Assembly (NCBI GenBank): GCA_002269645.1
Contig: NIVC01000415.1
Span: 496,001-560,000, forward strand
DNA length: 64,000 nucleotides
DNA from: Macrostomum lignano
Taxonomy: Eukaryota
Direction of reading: 5' to 3'
The notes under the pieces are model-generated. The model did not search any database. It saw nothing but the letters and a program-made list of their open reading frames with translations, and was not told where the DNA came from. Of the stretch, positions 18,304 through 38,515 are shown in pieces. Within the stretch, counting starts at the first letter, position 1. Every line of letters begins with the position of its first letter. The translations under genes and the position numbers were made by a program.

Positions 18304-19980
18304 TTAGGCCTAGCTTGTCTTGACAATGTCAATGACATATAGTCATGCTCATGTCATATCATAGTATAGCTTATACTATAGGCCTAGGTTATAGTCTCTA
18401 ACAAAAGCAACCAATAAATAAAGCAGCTTAGCGGCTAAAGCCTAGTGCTAATAAAAGCTAAATGGTGTTTAAGTCAATCTAATTGTAATTATTGAATTTT
18501 AGGCCTACCTTATTCATAGTCTGCCAGTCATTTATGTATATGATTTCATTTATATATTCTATTAAACTTTAGTAGTTAGCTAAAAATAGTAAAGTTTTCT
18601 TTCTTGCCAAATAATTTTGGTATGACTAGGTGTATTTGCCTCTAGCCTTGGCCCTTGGCTTAGGCCTAGCCAGAAATTTCTGGCATGAATTTAGATTTTA
18701 GGTTAGGCCCTAGTGATTGCAAGTTGGTATATAAGCGTAAGCCTAGTTTAGGCCAATAATAATTATGTTAGATAATATTTTAAGCATTGATTAGTGTAGA
18801 GAGCAGTGTCCCATGTGTAATTCAATGGTCTCTTATCATTTCAATGGTCTTCCATTAGTAATTCCATTGGCATTAGTAAGTCTATCACTTATGGGTTTAT
18901 TATAGAAAGTATTAGGCCTATAAATATTATTGATAGCCTACATATTAATCCAATGACTAATGGAATTTGGAATATCTAACAAAACTATGTGATAGAATAG
19001 GCCCTATATAATGAAAAAAGTCACAACAATCATATATGCGCAACCTCCAAAATTCAGTTGACCATGTGACTTAGTTTTAACAAAAAATGCAACAGTTTTT
19101 AGCCAAAGTGCGACTTACATATAAAGGAAACCCTAAAGCAAAATTAATAAAATTTTGGGTAAATGGTAAGAATAACTTTGACTGTCTTGTTAAGGCAAAA
19201 TGCCTTATCTACATATAAGCTCCACTATCCATAACTTATATTGTTTAAAAATCAAAAACTTTTATATTCTTTATATATTCTTAATCATTAAAAAACTTTT
19301 TTATATTTCCTAGAATGGTAGGCTATAAAATTATATAATGTTAATAATGCAAAATTTTGTTTATGAGATATATAATCATATATAATATCAATTATTTAAG
19401 TATAATTGCCTTGGTCTAGTGTCTATATATAAGATAAACATATATATCTCATAGTATTTATATTTAATCAGTTTATGTTTTTGAGTATATGTAAGAAAAT
19501 ATCTTGGCTATGGCTTATATCCAATATATAGCTTAATGCTAAAAATTAAATATCTCTTAAAGTAAGTTTAAAATGTGTAGATACTTTGTCAAATATACAA
19601 GTTTGTAGACAAAGTTTAGTCTTAGATATAGAGCATATAGCTATATAGGATTATAAGAATATATTTTTATAGTTAGCTCAACTTTTTCAGTTTTCTTGTT
19701 AGCATAATTGTAAAAAAGGAATTAAAGTAAGCTTTTTTATAATTTAAATTTGATGCTTTCTCAGTTTGAAGATTTAAAATATTTACGATTGTAGATTTGC
19801 CAGTTGATTTCTTTATTGATATAGGATGCCATGCTATCTGCATAGGTTCCCATTTATTTTATGATATTCATATAGATTAAATTAAATTTATTTTAAATTC
19901 CAATTTTAAAGTGTTGAAATTTTACCAATGTTTTAAGGTATATAAGTGGTACTATTTAGATGAATTTGTATCATTATATT

Positions 19981-20325
19981 AGCGGTAGTGTAGCTGCTCT
20001 GGTGTGCCAGCGACCCAGGCTCAATTCCAAGTGCAGTCACATTAATTTGGGGCTGATTTGGAATCTCGGCTTGGCTCTGCTTGTGCAATTAACAGCCTTG
20101 AGAGCCAACCCCCCCAAGGCGCAGTGAAGTGTACATGCCTAACGATAAAATAAAGTTAGGGCCGCTGTATACTCCTGTGTATGTGCCTGCGTACGTATCC
20201 GCATGCTTGTATGCCTGCTCAGGGGAGTTGGCAGAATGGGCAGTAATGCCTCTTGCCGGTTGTGTGCCTATGTCGCTTAAAGTGTGCCAATGTGCACACA
20301 ACCCCCCTGCCTCTAATAAAAAAAT
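19981..20325 (+). mobile_element. tRNA-derived SINE, copy A
   Basis: B-box-like ggctcaattcc; body homologous to 35169-35439 and 34105-34154 (opposite strand); A-rich tail aataaaaaaa. Confidence 0.75.
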
Positions 20326-20409
20326 TATTATATTAAATAAAAATATTTTTACTGTTAATATTAAAATTTATGACATTAAAATTTAGTAGGCATAAAAGCA
20401 AGTGCCTAA

Positions 20410-21985
20410 GGGAGTGCTTGGGGTGCTAATGCTAAAGAGTGCTTGTTATGATGCTAAAGAGAGTGCTTCGGGTGCTAAAGAGAGTGCTTGGGGCACTTAA
20501 GAGAGTGCTTTGGTGTTCTAAAGAGAGTGCTTCAGGTGCTAAAGAGAGTGCTTGGGACACTAAATATTGCTTGGGATGCTAAAGAGAGTGCTTGGAGTGT
20601 TAAAGAGAGTGCCTGGGGTGCTAAAGAGAGTGCCTGGGTGCTAAAGAGAGTGCTTGGAGTGCTAAAGAGAGTGCTTGGGATGCTAAAGAGAGAGCTTGGA
20701 GTGCTAAAGAGAGTGCTTGGAGTGCTAAAGAGAGTGCTTGAAGTGCTAAAGAGAGTGCTTGAAGTGCTAAAGAGAGTGCTTGGAGTGCTAAAGAGAGTGC
20801 TTGAAGTGCTAAAGAGAGTGCTTGAAGTGCTAAAAGAGAGTGCTTGGAGTGCTAAAGAGAGTGCTTGGAGTGCTAAAGAGAGTGCTTGGAGTGCTAAAGA
20901 GAGTGCTTGGAGTGCTAAAGAGAATGCTTGGAGTGCTAAAGAGAATGCTTGGAGTGCTAAAGAGAGTGCTTGGAGTGCTAAAGAGTGCTTGGGGTGCTAA
21001 AAGAGAGTGCTTGGAGTGCTAAAGAGTGCTTGGGGTGCTAAAAGAGAGTGCTTGGAGTGCTAAAGAGTGCTTGGGGTGCTAAAAGAGAGTGCTTGGAGTG
21101 CTAAAGAGTGCTTGGAGTGCTAAAGAGTGCTTGGGGTGCTAAAAGAGAGTGCTTGGAGTGCTAAAGAGTGCTTGGGGTGCTAAAAGAGAGTGCTTGGAGT
21201 GCTAAAGAGTGCTTGGGGTGCTAAAAGAGAGTGCTTGGAGTGCTAAAGAGTGCTTGGAGTGCTAAAGAGTGCTTGGGGTGCTAAAAGAGAGTGCTTGGAG
21301 TGCTAAAGAGTGCTTGGGGTGCTAAAAGAGAGTGCTTGGAGTGCTAAAGAGTGCTTGGAGTGCTAAAGAGTGCTTGGAGTGCTAAAGAGTGCTTGGAGTG
21401 CTAAAAGAGAGTGCTTGGGGTGCTAAAGAGAGTGCTTCGGTTTGCTAAAGAGAGTGCTAAAGAGAGAGCTTGGAGTGCTAAAGAGAGAGCTTGGAGTGCT
21501 AAAGAGATAGCTTGGAGTGCTAAAGAGTGCTTGGGGTGCTAAAAGAGAGTGCTTGGAGTGCTAAAGAGTGCTTGGAGTGCTAAAGAGAGTGCCTGGGGTG
21601 CTAAAGAGAGTGCTTGGAGTGCTAAAGAGAATGCTTGGAGTGCTAAAGAGATTGCTTGGAGTGCTAAAGAGAGTGCCTGGGGTGCTCGGCGAGGCCGCCG
21701 AGCTGCTAAAGGTTCTTGGGGTGCTAAAAGAGAGTGCTTGGAGTGCTAAAGAGAGTGCTTGGAGTGCTAAAGAGAGTGCTTGGAGTGCTAAAGAGAGTGC
21801 CTGGGGTGCTAAAGAGAGTGCTTGGAGTGCTAAAGAGAGTGCCTGGGGTGCTAAAGAGAGTGCTTGGAGTGCTAAAGAGAATGCTTGGAGTGCTAAAGAG
21901 AGTGCTTGGAGTGCTAAAGAGAGTGCCTGGGGTGCTCGGCGAGGCCGCCGAGCTGCTAAAGTTTTTGGGGTGCTAAAAGAGAGTG
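20410..21985. repeat. ~21-bp minisatellite ending ~100 bp upstream of XPB ATG
   Basis: Unit gagtgcttggagtgctaaaga with 19-22-bp variants. Confidence 0.95.
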
Positions 21986-22081
21986 ATTTGGGCGCCAGAG
22001 GGTTTGGTTTTTAATGAGAGTCAAAATTTTCAAATATTTTATTTTCATGCAAATTGTTTCAACGCCACTCGCACAGTAAAA

Positions 22082-25000
22082 ATGGGCGGTGACAAGCGTA
22101 AGAAAGCCGGAAAATCTAGCGGCGCCAATAAAGAGTCTTCAAGTTCTGGCCGACCGTCGAAGAAAGTCCGGATAGAAAAACCGGCAGCCAAAGACGATTC
22201 CGATGTGGATTATCAGGCGTCTGATTTTGAAGACGACGCGGCGACAGATGCCGCCGCCGAGGCCGCTGTGCCCGCCGCGGCTGCTAAAGGCGCGCCAGGC
22301 GCCGAGGCTGGCGCCGTCGAAATGGACGAATATGGCGCTAAAGACTACAGTAAATCGTTGACATTGAAAACCGATCACGAGTCCAGGCCATTGTGGGTAG
22401 CGCCTGATGGGCACATTTTCTTAGAAGCATTCAGTCCGGTCTACAAGCAGGCGCACGATTTTCTAATAGCAATCTCAGAGCCAGTCAGTAGGCCAGAGCT
22501 GATTCACGAGTATCGACTGACTTCTTACAGTCTGTACGCTGCTGTTAGTGTCGGTTTAGAAACTGACAATATTATTGAATACCTGCGGCGGCTGTGCAAA
22601 ACCTCTTTAGATCCCGGCATTGAGCAGTTCATTAGGATTTGTACGCAAAGCTACGCTAAGCTTAAATTAGTGCTAAAAGATGGCCGCTATTTTATTGAAA
22701 GCCAGCATTTGACAGTTGTGAAAACTGTACTATTGGATCCTGTAGTCATGGAGTGCCTGCTCAATCCTACTGAGTCTCAGTCAATGCTGGAGGCGGCTGT
22801 GGCAGCTGCACAGGTGAGACTGCGTGTGCTGTGGTTTTTTTCAAGGTTAGGAATCCCGATTAAAACGTCACCGTGATTCTAGCGACTCTGGGATGACTGT
22901 TGAGTCACGGGCGCATCGCGTGTGTTGTAAAATCACGAAAAAGAAAAAGTCGTCCAATAGTCTTTGTGTTAGCGTTTTAACTTTCTACCAAGCAACTCAA
23001 GTAGACTGAACTGTACTGTAGCACGCCTCAGGTACGACTCTACGGCACCAGAGTGAGTCACTTGCGTTGCCTTAAGAGTCGTTTCAGAGTTGCAGCCAAT
23101 CAAATTGACTCTTTGACGACGTTTTTTGGCGACTTGTTACCGTCACATCTCGTCGTTCTAGGGTCGGCAAGTTCCGGCTCGCGAGCCATATGCAGCCCGC
23201 AAAGCCTCTCTATCCGGCCCTCGGGTTCTTTGAAACCTCACAATAGCAGTCCCTCCCGCTCAAGGTTTTTGTCTCTTCTCTCCTCTTCCCTCCTGTTTCT
23301 CTCCATTCTTCAAATAAAAAAGTTTGTCGACCCCTGGTGTAGTCACTTCTGTCCTATTTTACCTTCAACACGACTCTAGGGGCGCCCAATAAACAAGGGA
23401 CAAAAATTATTTATCCAAATCCTATTTGCCTTGACACTGAAGCAATATGAATACAAAATATAAACTGCGCTATTATCCATTGCTTGTTACTATAAGAGCC
23501 TAAATAAAATAAATACCCATGAAAATGTGATTGACAGGGCCGCACTGTGCCAGCCGCAGCGGCTGAACAGCAGGCTGACTCAGCCGCCGCCGCCGCATCG
23601 ACAACCGACACTCCTAGCGACATCCTTGACCTATACGATCGGCTGGACCGAGAGGACGCCACCGCGGAGGACTTGGCCGCATCGGCCAGCCGAGTATCTC
23701 TAGAAGTGCAACAGAGCATGATTGAAGTGCTGCAGAAGCGCTGCACTGAACTGGATTATCCTCTGATGGCCGAGTACGACTTCCGTCAGGATACGAAGAA
23801 TCCGAATCTGTCTATAGATTTGAAGCCGCTAACTACACTGCGGCCGTATCAGGAGAGATCGTTGCATAAGATGTTCGGCAATGGCAGAGCTCGCAGCGGT
23901 GTCATTGTGCTGCCATGCGGAGCTGGTAAAACTTTAGTAGGCGTTACGGCCGCTTGCACTGTGCGTAAGCGATGCCTGGTGCTGTGCACTTCCGGCGTAG
24001 CCGTTGAACAATGGCGCAGCCAGTTCCGGCTCTGGTCGACTATCGAAGATTCTCAGATATGTCGATTCACCAGCGAGTCTAAAGAGCGACCGGGTAGCGC
24101 AGGGATTTGCATATCCACTTATTCTATGATTGCTCACAGCAGTAAGCGATCCTTTGAGGCTGAACAGGTGAGGATAATGAGCTTGCAGTTCATCAATCCA
24201 CCAGTAACCCACTTGCTACTGAGGACCCACTTCCGGTTAATAAACAGCAAATAATCTACTTCCGGTTTATAAATAGCTACTAACCCACCCGGTTAAATAG
24301 CTACTAACCCACTTCCGGTTAAATAGCTACTAACCCACTTCCGGTTAATAAACAGTTAATAATTTACTTCCGGTTTATAAATAGCTACTAACCCACCCGG
24401 TTAAATAGCTACTAACCCACTTCCGGTCAATAAACTGCTAATAATCCACTTTCGGTCAATAAAAAGCTAATAATCCACTTCCGTTTCATAAAGTGCTAAT
24501 ATCTCCACTTCCGGTTAGTAAGCTACTTATATTTTCACTTCCGGTTAGTAAACTGCTTCTAACTCATTTCCAGTTCCCTTAACCAACTGCGAATAATCCA
24601 CTTCCGGTTATTTCAATATTCCCAATATCAATTGTTTAAAAAGCCACTGTTCTATCTCATTTCCGGTATATTGCACTATGCACTAGTAACAGGCTTTACA
24701 ACTATTGGCATTATAATTAGAATATATTCAATTCTTACAATCTCCTTACCACCCATAGGTTATGTTCTGGCTTCGCGACCAAGAATGGGGCCTAATGGTG
24801 CTAGACGAGGTGCACACAATCCCGGCCAAGATGTTTCGGCGAGTGCTAACCATAGTACGCTCGCACTGCAAGCTGGGCCTGACAGCCACTTTAGTACGCG
24901 AGGATGACAAAATCGCGGATTTGAACTTTCTAATTGGACCGAAGCTGTACGAGGCTAATTGGTTAGAGTTGCAGCGCGGTGGCTACATTGCCAGGGTTCA

Positions 25001-26478
25001 ATGCGCCGAGGTCTGGTGCCCAATGACGCCAGAGTTTTATCGGGAATATTGCAGCCAGAAATCCTGGGCTAGGCGTACACTGTTGTATCAGATGAATCCC
25101 AATAAGTTTCGCGTCTGTCAGTTTCTAATTAACTATCACGCTAGACGCGAAGATAAAATCATCGTATTCTCTGACAACGTGTTCGCTCTGAAGTACTACG
25201 CCAACGCTTTGAATAAGCCGTATTTGTACGGGCCGACTTCTCAAACTGAGAGAATGTACGTGTTGAAAAACTTTCAAAACAATCCCCAAGTGAATACGAT
25301 TTTCGTATCCAAGGTGGCGGATAATAGCTTCGATTTGCCTGAGGCCAACGTGCTGATCCAGATCACCAGTCACGGCGGCTCCCGGCGCCAGGAGGCCCAG
25401 CGTCTTGGCCGGATTCTTCGGGCCAAGCGCGGCACCGGGCCGGGCGACGAGTACAACGCGTACTATTATAGCTTGGTGTCGCAGGACACGGCTGAGATGT
25501 ACTTTGCCGAGAAGAGGCAGCGGTTTCTGGTTAATCAGGTTCGTTTCAGACCGATATTTGGAATTCCATCTATTAGTGACGATTTGTTGATGGGGAATTT
25601 CATCTATTAGTGACGACTTATCAATGGGGAATTCCATCTATTAGTGACGACTTATCAATGGGGAATTCCATCGATTAGTGACGATTTGTTGATGTGGAAT
25701 TCCATCGATTAGTGACGGTTTGTTGAGGGGGAATTCCATCTATTAGTGACGATTTGTTGAGGGGGAATTCAATTCCATCGATTAGTGACGATTTGTTGAT
25801 GTGGAATTCCATCGATTAGTGACGGTTTGTTGAGGGGGAATTCCATCTATTAGTGACGATTTGTTGAGGGGGAATTCCATCTATTAGTGACGATTTGTCA
25901 ATGGGGAATTCCATCTATTAGTGACGATTTGTCAATGGGGAATTCCATCTATTAGTGACGATTTGTTGAGGGGGAATTCAATTCCATCGATTAGTGACGA
26001 TTTGTTGATGGGGAATTCTATCGATGAGTGACGATTTGTTGAGTGGGGAATTCTATCGACGAGTGACGATTTGTTGATGTGGAATTCCATCGATTAGTGA
26101 CGATTTGTTTGCAGCACCTTACCGCCGCTCCCTCCCGCCCAGGGCTACGCATTCAAAGTGGTCACCAGGCTGCCCGGCATGGAGTCCGAGGAGGGCCTCG
26201 GCCTGTCAACCAAGGAGTCGCAGCTGCAGCTGCTCCAGCAGGTGCTGGCCACCTCCGAGTCGGACGCTCGCGACGAGGAGGAGCCCGGCCAGACGGCTTC
26301 GTCCGGCGGCGGCGCAATGAAGAAAGTCCAATCGGCGCCCGCATTCCAGCGCCGCTCGGCCACAATGGCCAGCCTGTCCGGCGCGGACGAGACCGTGTAC
26401 ACCGAGTTCCGCTCGGGACAGTCGGCCGCCAAGCGGTTGCAGGAGCGGCACCCGCTGTTTAGGAAGTTTAAACGTTGA
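22082..26478 (+). CDS. ERCC3: TFIIH helicase/translocase XPB (exons 22082-22813, 23538-24167, 24759-25538, 26143-26478; ~825 aa)
   Basis: [45 protein letters not shown], Walker A PCGAGKT, DEVH, RED motif (LVREDD), [19 protein letters not shown]|GYAFKV, C-terminal HPLFRKF. All three introns are GT-AG, phase 0. Confidence 0.97.
24205..24665. repeat. Degenerate ~28-bp repeat with ACTTCCGG cores in XPB intron 2
   Basis: Nine exact acttccgg cores plus variants. Confidence 0.85.
25555..26110. repeat. ~35-bp minisatellite filling XPB intron 3
   Basis: Unit ggaattccatctattagtgacgatttgttgagggg; runs almost from donor to acceptor. Confidence 0.95.
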
Positions 26479-26600
26479 TTGATTTGCTGACAATGAGTTG
26501 AAATTCAATAATAGCATCCTGCCTACTTGTAGTAGTTAAATAAGTCTGACTGACCTTGTTTATTTAAGATGCTTTCACAACTAATTTATTTTTTATATGA

Positions 26601-30836
<4,236 letters not shown>

Positions 30837-31124
30837 AATTGAATAACTATTCGGGTTGTATGAAACTCGAGGGCTGATGCCATTGATGAAGGACACGCCT
30901 TCTTTAAGGTGTATTTGCATATATCTTATCTTAATCTCAAGGTAATTCTTTAATAAACCCGTTTCCGTTTCGCCATCGTTCGTTCTGCTTTCGCATTTAT
31001 CAATATTTGTTAAACTTCTATAAAACTCTATTAAAAGCTGCAGCTATTTTTGATTATTTGTGCCTTTCAGTTTGTTGGACCAGTTAAAGTCAGGGGGCTT
31101 TGTGCACCCTTGCGCACTTCAAGC

Positions 31125-31716
31125 GGGTCTACGACGCTTGCCTGCCGACGTTTGCCTGCGGGATGTTTGCCTGCGGGATGTTTGCCTGCGGGACGTTTGC
31201 CTGCAGGACGTTTGCCTGTGGGATGTTTGCCTGTGGGATGTTTGCCAGCCGACGTTTGCCAGACGACGTTTACCAGCGGGACATTTGCAGGCGGCAATTG
31301 GTTAAAGAAGTAATGCCCTCTCTAGGCTTACATGTACTTGCATTTGAAAACTGTCGGCACAGCACTAATCTAATTTCACCTCGCTCCCTACTACTGCTAT
31401 TAAATATATACAGGTTACTAACAAACTACTGTTCAGGCTTATTGAAGTTATTGCTCTTGTCTGCCTAAAAAGAAAGGTAAATTAAAAATACAAAATAGGA
31501 GTTTCCATCGTCATAGTTGATGTCTATGTATGCCATGGAATGGCCTTTTCCATCTCATGTGGCCAAACAGGCTAAATGGGAAAAGACTGAGACATCCATA
31601 ATGGTATTGGCTTAGTCTCGCATATATATACTTAACTCAAAAGCCAAACTCTGCTTAACGGAGTTTGGCCATGACAGCGTGCACTTGACAAGCTGCACTG
31701 GAATTAATTCGCTTAC
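31125..31716. mobile_element. Duplicated left half of the 34155-35160 MITE
   Basis: Identical to 34155-34746; truncated at the duplication junction. Confidence 0.85.
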
Positions 31717-31923
31717 GACGAGGAGGAGCCCGGCCAGACGGCTTCGTCCGGCGGCGGCGCAATGAAGAAAGTCCAATCGGCGCCCGCATTCCAGCGCCGC
31801 TCGGCCACAATGGCCAGCCTGTCCGGCGCGGACGAGACCGTGTACACCGAGTTCCGCTCGGGACAGTCGGCCGCCAAGCGGTTGCAGGAGCGGCACCCGC
31901 TGTTTAGGAAGTTTAAACGTTGA
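31717..31923 (+). pseudogene. ERCC3: Duplicated 3' fragment of XPB last exon
   Basis: Copy of 26272-26478 (DEEEPGQ...HPLFRKFKR*), with an in-frame TAA three codons upstream and no acceptor at the junction. Confidence 0.8.
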
Positions 31924-32045
31924 TTGATTTGCTGACAATGAGTTGAAATTCAATAATAGCATCCTGCCTACTTGTAGTAGTTAAATAAGTCTGACTGACC
32001 TTGTTTATTTAAGATGCTTTCACAACTAATTTATTTTTTATATGA

Positions 32046-33866
<1,821 letters not shown>

Positions 33867-34104
33867 AATTGAATAACTATTCGGGTTGTATGAAACTCGA
33901 GGGCTGATGCCATTGATGAAGGACACGCCTTCTTTAAGGTGTATTTGCATATATCTTATCTTAATCTCAAGGTAATTCTTTAATAAACCCGTTTCCGTTT
34001 CGCCATCGTTCGTTCTGCTTTCGCATTTATCAATATTTGTTAAACTTCTATAAAACTCTATTAATTGCTGCAGCTATTTTTGATTATTTGTGCCTTTCAG
34101 TTTG

Positions 34105-35439
34105 TTGGACCAGTTAAAGTCAGGGGGCTTTGTGCACCCTTGCGCACTTCAAGCGGGTCTACGACGCTTGCCTGCCGACGTTTGCCTGCGGGATGTTTGC
34201 CTGCGGGATGTTTGCCTGCGGGACGTTTGCCTGCAGGACGTTTGCCTGTGGGATGTTTGCCTGTGGGATGTTTGCCAGCCGACGTTTGCCAGACGACGTT
34301 TACCAGCGGGACATTTGCAGGCGGCAATTGGTTAAAGAAGTAATGCCCTCTCTAGGCTTACATGTACTTGCATTTGAAAACTGTCGGCACAGCACTAATC
34401 TAATTTCACCTCGCTCCCTACTACTGCTATTAAATATATACAGGTTACTAACAAACTACTGTTCAGGCTTATTGAAGTTATTGCTCTTGTCTGCCTAAAA
34501 AGAAAGGTAAATTAAAAATACAAAATAGGAGTTTCCATCGTCATAGTTGATGTCTATGTATGCCATGGAATGGCCTTTTCCATCTCATGTGGCCAAACAG
34601 GCTAAATGGGAAAAGACTGAGACATCCATAATGGTATTGGCTTAGTCTCGCATATATATACTTAACTCAAAAGCCAAACTCTGCTTAACGGAGTTTGGCC
34701 ATGACAGCGTGCACTTGACAAGCTGCACTGGAATTAATTCGCTTACTTTTGGATCTCCAAATGAACTGGGAAATAAATATATAAGCCAGAATTATCGTTC
34801 AGCAGGTCTTTTATTTGCCCAAAACTTTGCTCGCTGGAGATTCCGGTTTAAATTTGCGTGTCTTGATTCGCAAATCAGAAATCAAACATATCAAACTGGG
34901 AAAAGCGATACAAAACTGTCAGAAGTAAACTTTATAATGTTTTCACATTCAAAGAAATTGTTGTTAAACTAGATGCTAGATTGATGAACTGCATAATTTG
35001 TATAGATTTTGTTTTCGAATTTTTATACGTGCGAATAACCGTCAAAAAGTTGGACTAGAAAAACTTTTTTTCAATCCGCTAAACTGCGAATATTTCAGTA
35101 TTTTCACTCACTGACTTAATGTTGGCTGGCAAACGTCCCGCAGGCAAACGTCGCTATCCCCTTCAAGCGACATTAAGTGACACGACCGGCGAGAGGCATT
35201 ACTACCCATTTTACCGACCTACCTGCCCAGGCACAGTGTACAGCGGCCCTAACTTTATTTATTGTTAGGCATGTACACTTCACTGTGCCTTGGGTTGGCT
35301 TTCAAGGCCCTTAATTGCACGAGCAGAGCCAAGCCGAGATTCCAATTTAGCCCCAAATTAATGTGACTGCACTTGGAATCGAGCCTGGGCCGCAGGCACA
35401 TCATAGCGCCGCGCTCGATCACTGGGACTGAGCTACCAG
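34105..35439 (-). mobile_element. tRNA-derived SINE, copy B, interrupted by a MITE
   Basis: Head ggtagctcagt (A box) ... ggctcgattcc (B box, 35385-35375). Body matches copy A on both sides of the MITE. Confidence 0.8.
34155..35160. mobile_element. MITE with GGG termini, gacgtttgcc subterminal repeats and 8-bp TSD (superfamily unresolved; Merlin/MULE-like)
   Basis: Ends GGGTCTACGACG / GGGATAGCGACG. TSD cttcaagc at 34147-34154 and 35161-35168. Confidence 0.85.
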
Positions 35440-35534
35440 GACAATACAGACAGTGACATACATGTACATAAAACGGTGGAAATCTCATTAAATCTACCCA
35501 TGTACGCTCGTATACATACCATATAAAAGTGCAG

Positions 35535-36150
35535 GGAGTGACTCACTAGTGTAGGGAGTGATACACCAGTGCAGGGAGTGACACACTAGTGCAGGGAGTG
35601 ATACACCAGTGCAAGGAGTGATACTACACTAGTGTAGGGAGGGATACACCAGTGCAGGGAGTGACACTAGTGCAGGGAGTGATACACCAGTGCAAGGAGT
35701 GATACTACACAAGTGCAGGGAGTGATACACCAGTGCAGGAAGTGACACACCAGTGCAGGGAGTGACACACCAGTGCAGGGAGTGACACACCAGTGCAGGG
35801 AGTGACACACCAGTGTAGGAAGTGATACACCAGTGCAGGGAGTGACACCAGTTGCAGGGAGTGACACACCAGTGCAGGGATCATGACACTAATGCAGGGA
35901 GTTACACATCAATGCAGGGAGTGATACACCAGTGCAGGGAGTGATACACCAGTGCAGGGAGTGATACACCAGTGCAGGGAGTGACACACCAGTGCAGGGA
36001 GTGACACACCAGTGTAGGAAGTGATACACCAATGCAGGGAGTGACACCAGTTGCAGGGAGTGACACACCAGTGCAGGGATCATGACACTAATGCAGGGAG
36101 TTACACATCAATGCAGGGAGTGATACACCAACAGCGAGTGACACACGAGT
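35535..36150. repeat. 20-bp minisatellite
   Basis: Unit cagtgcagggagtgacacac. Confidence 0.95.
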
Positions 36151-36904
36151 GACCGGCCTCCAAATAATTTCTAAGAAAATGCAGTTTAGCGTCCTTCTGC
36201 TTCAGTTGTCGCTGTGTACATGCGGTTTATAATTTGCTCCCTCAATTTTGCTCATGTACGAGCATAGGCCAAATGTTTTTGGAATAGTTTGCCTATTTTA
36301 TCGCATACTGCAAGTCTAACTAAACTACAAAATGTGTTCACTCTCGTTTCCCTTTAATTCTTCGTATGAGTATAACTATTCTGCAACTTTATCTCCGTAT
36401 TTGCTAAGTAAAATTCGTTTTCGTTTTGGCCAGATCCTCGGCCTAGCTGATCTCTATAGCTTGTCGCTATAATGCATTTGACGCTACAGTTAATCCATGC
36501 GATTATTTATCCTTTCTCCTCTTTCTCGCGCGGATTAGATGAGCACTTTTCAGTCTGGAAATGCTAGGCAAATCCAGGGCATTTGACTTCGGCTTAACTG
36601 CAGCTTGCGCGGTCTGTTGGAAGCCAGCTGGCTCGATTCTTAAGATGGAGCGTGGGCTGCTGCTGTAATTGAGGATTGGGAAACTCCCAGATCCGAGGAT
36701 CACTGGGTCTATATTAGCCCTGCTAAACATGTAGCTATAGCTGAAGTATGCCCTCTCGACCTTGGAGTCCAATCTATCTAGCATTAGCTATTGCCAGTAT
36801 TGTGAGCGAGTGTGTACGTGTGCTGGTGGGCATTGCAAACGTTTACAATGCATAACAATCTGAATAAAATCGGGCAGCAGAAAATAAAGACAGGTCCATC
36901 GATT

Positions 36905-36906
36905 TG

Positions 36907-36941
<35 letters not shown>

Positions 36942-36966
36942 GTGTCTGTCTGTCTGTCTGTCTGTG

Positions 36967-37002
<36 letters not shown>

Positions 37003-37012
37003 GGTCTGTCTG
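36905..37012. repeat. (CTGT)n microsatellite
   Basis: Direct inspection. Confidence 0.9.
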
Positions 37013-37359
37013 TCTAGAGAACGTAGAGGCTCAAATAAAAGTATTGTTGATTGATCAAGACCAAGTGAGCAGTTTTACATTTTAATTACCTATTGACTGT
37101 GGTTTACCCTAATAAATCTCTCGAAAAGCCCACTGCCCAGTCCGATTTTATTGCCACCGCATTTAGGAATCGGGCTTCTCTTGGTCGCAATGTTTACTTT
37201 GCTGCTGTCGACTTTTTATTTATTTGGTATACCGCCCGGGCTTTAAATTATTGGTTAAGACTGAAGACACCCGCCCACGCAAAGTCAAACAGGATTTGTT
37301 TCAATATGTTCAGCTTCTGAAAGGTAACTAAAGTGTTTAGAGAATACCTACAAGCTATT

Positions 37360-38515
<1,156 letters not shown>

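Noticed and set aside
23375-23412. Possible third Helitron-end fragment in XPB intron 1 (ggggcgcccaataaacaagggacaaaaat)
   Set aside because: Only ~35 bp of partial similarity with half the hairpin missing; too short to call.
25125-26517. Antisense and alternate-frame ORFs over XPB, SSUH2, Syt7, PDI and the LINE
   Set aside because: Expected shadows of GC-rich coding sequence; no independent motifs.
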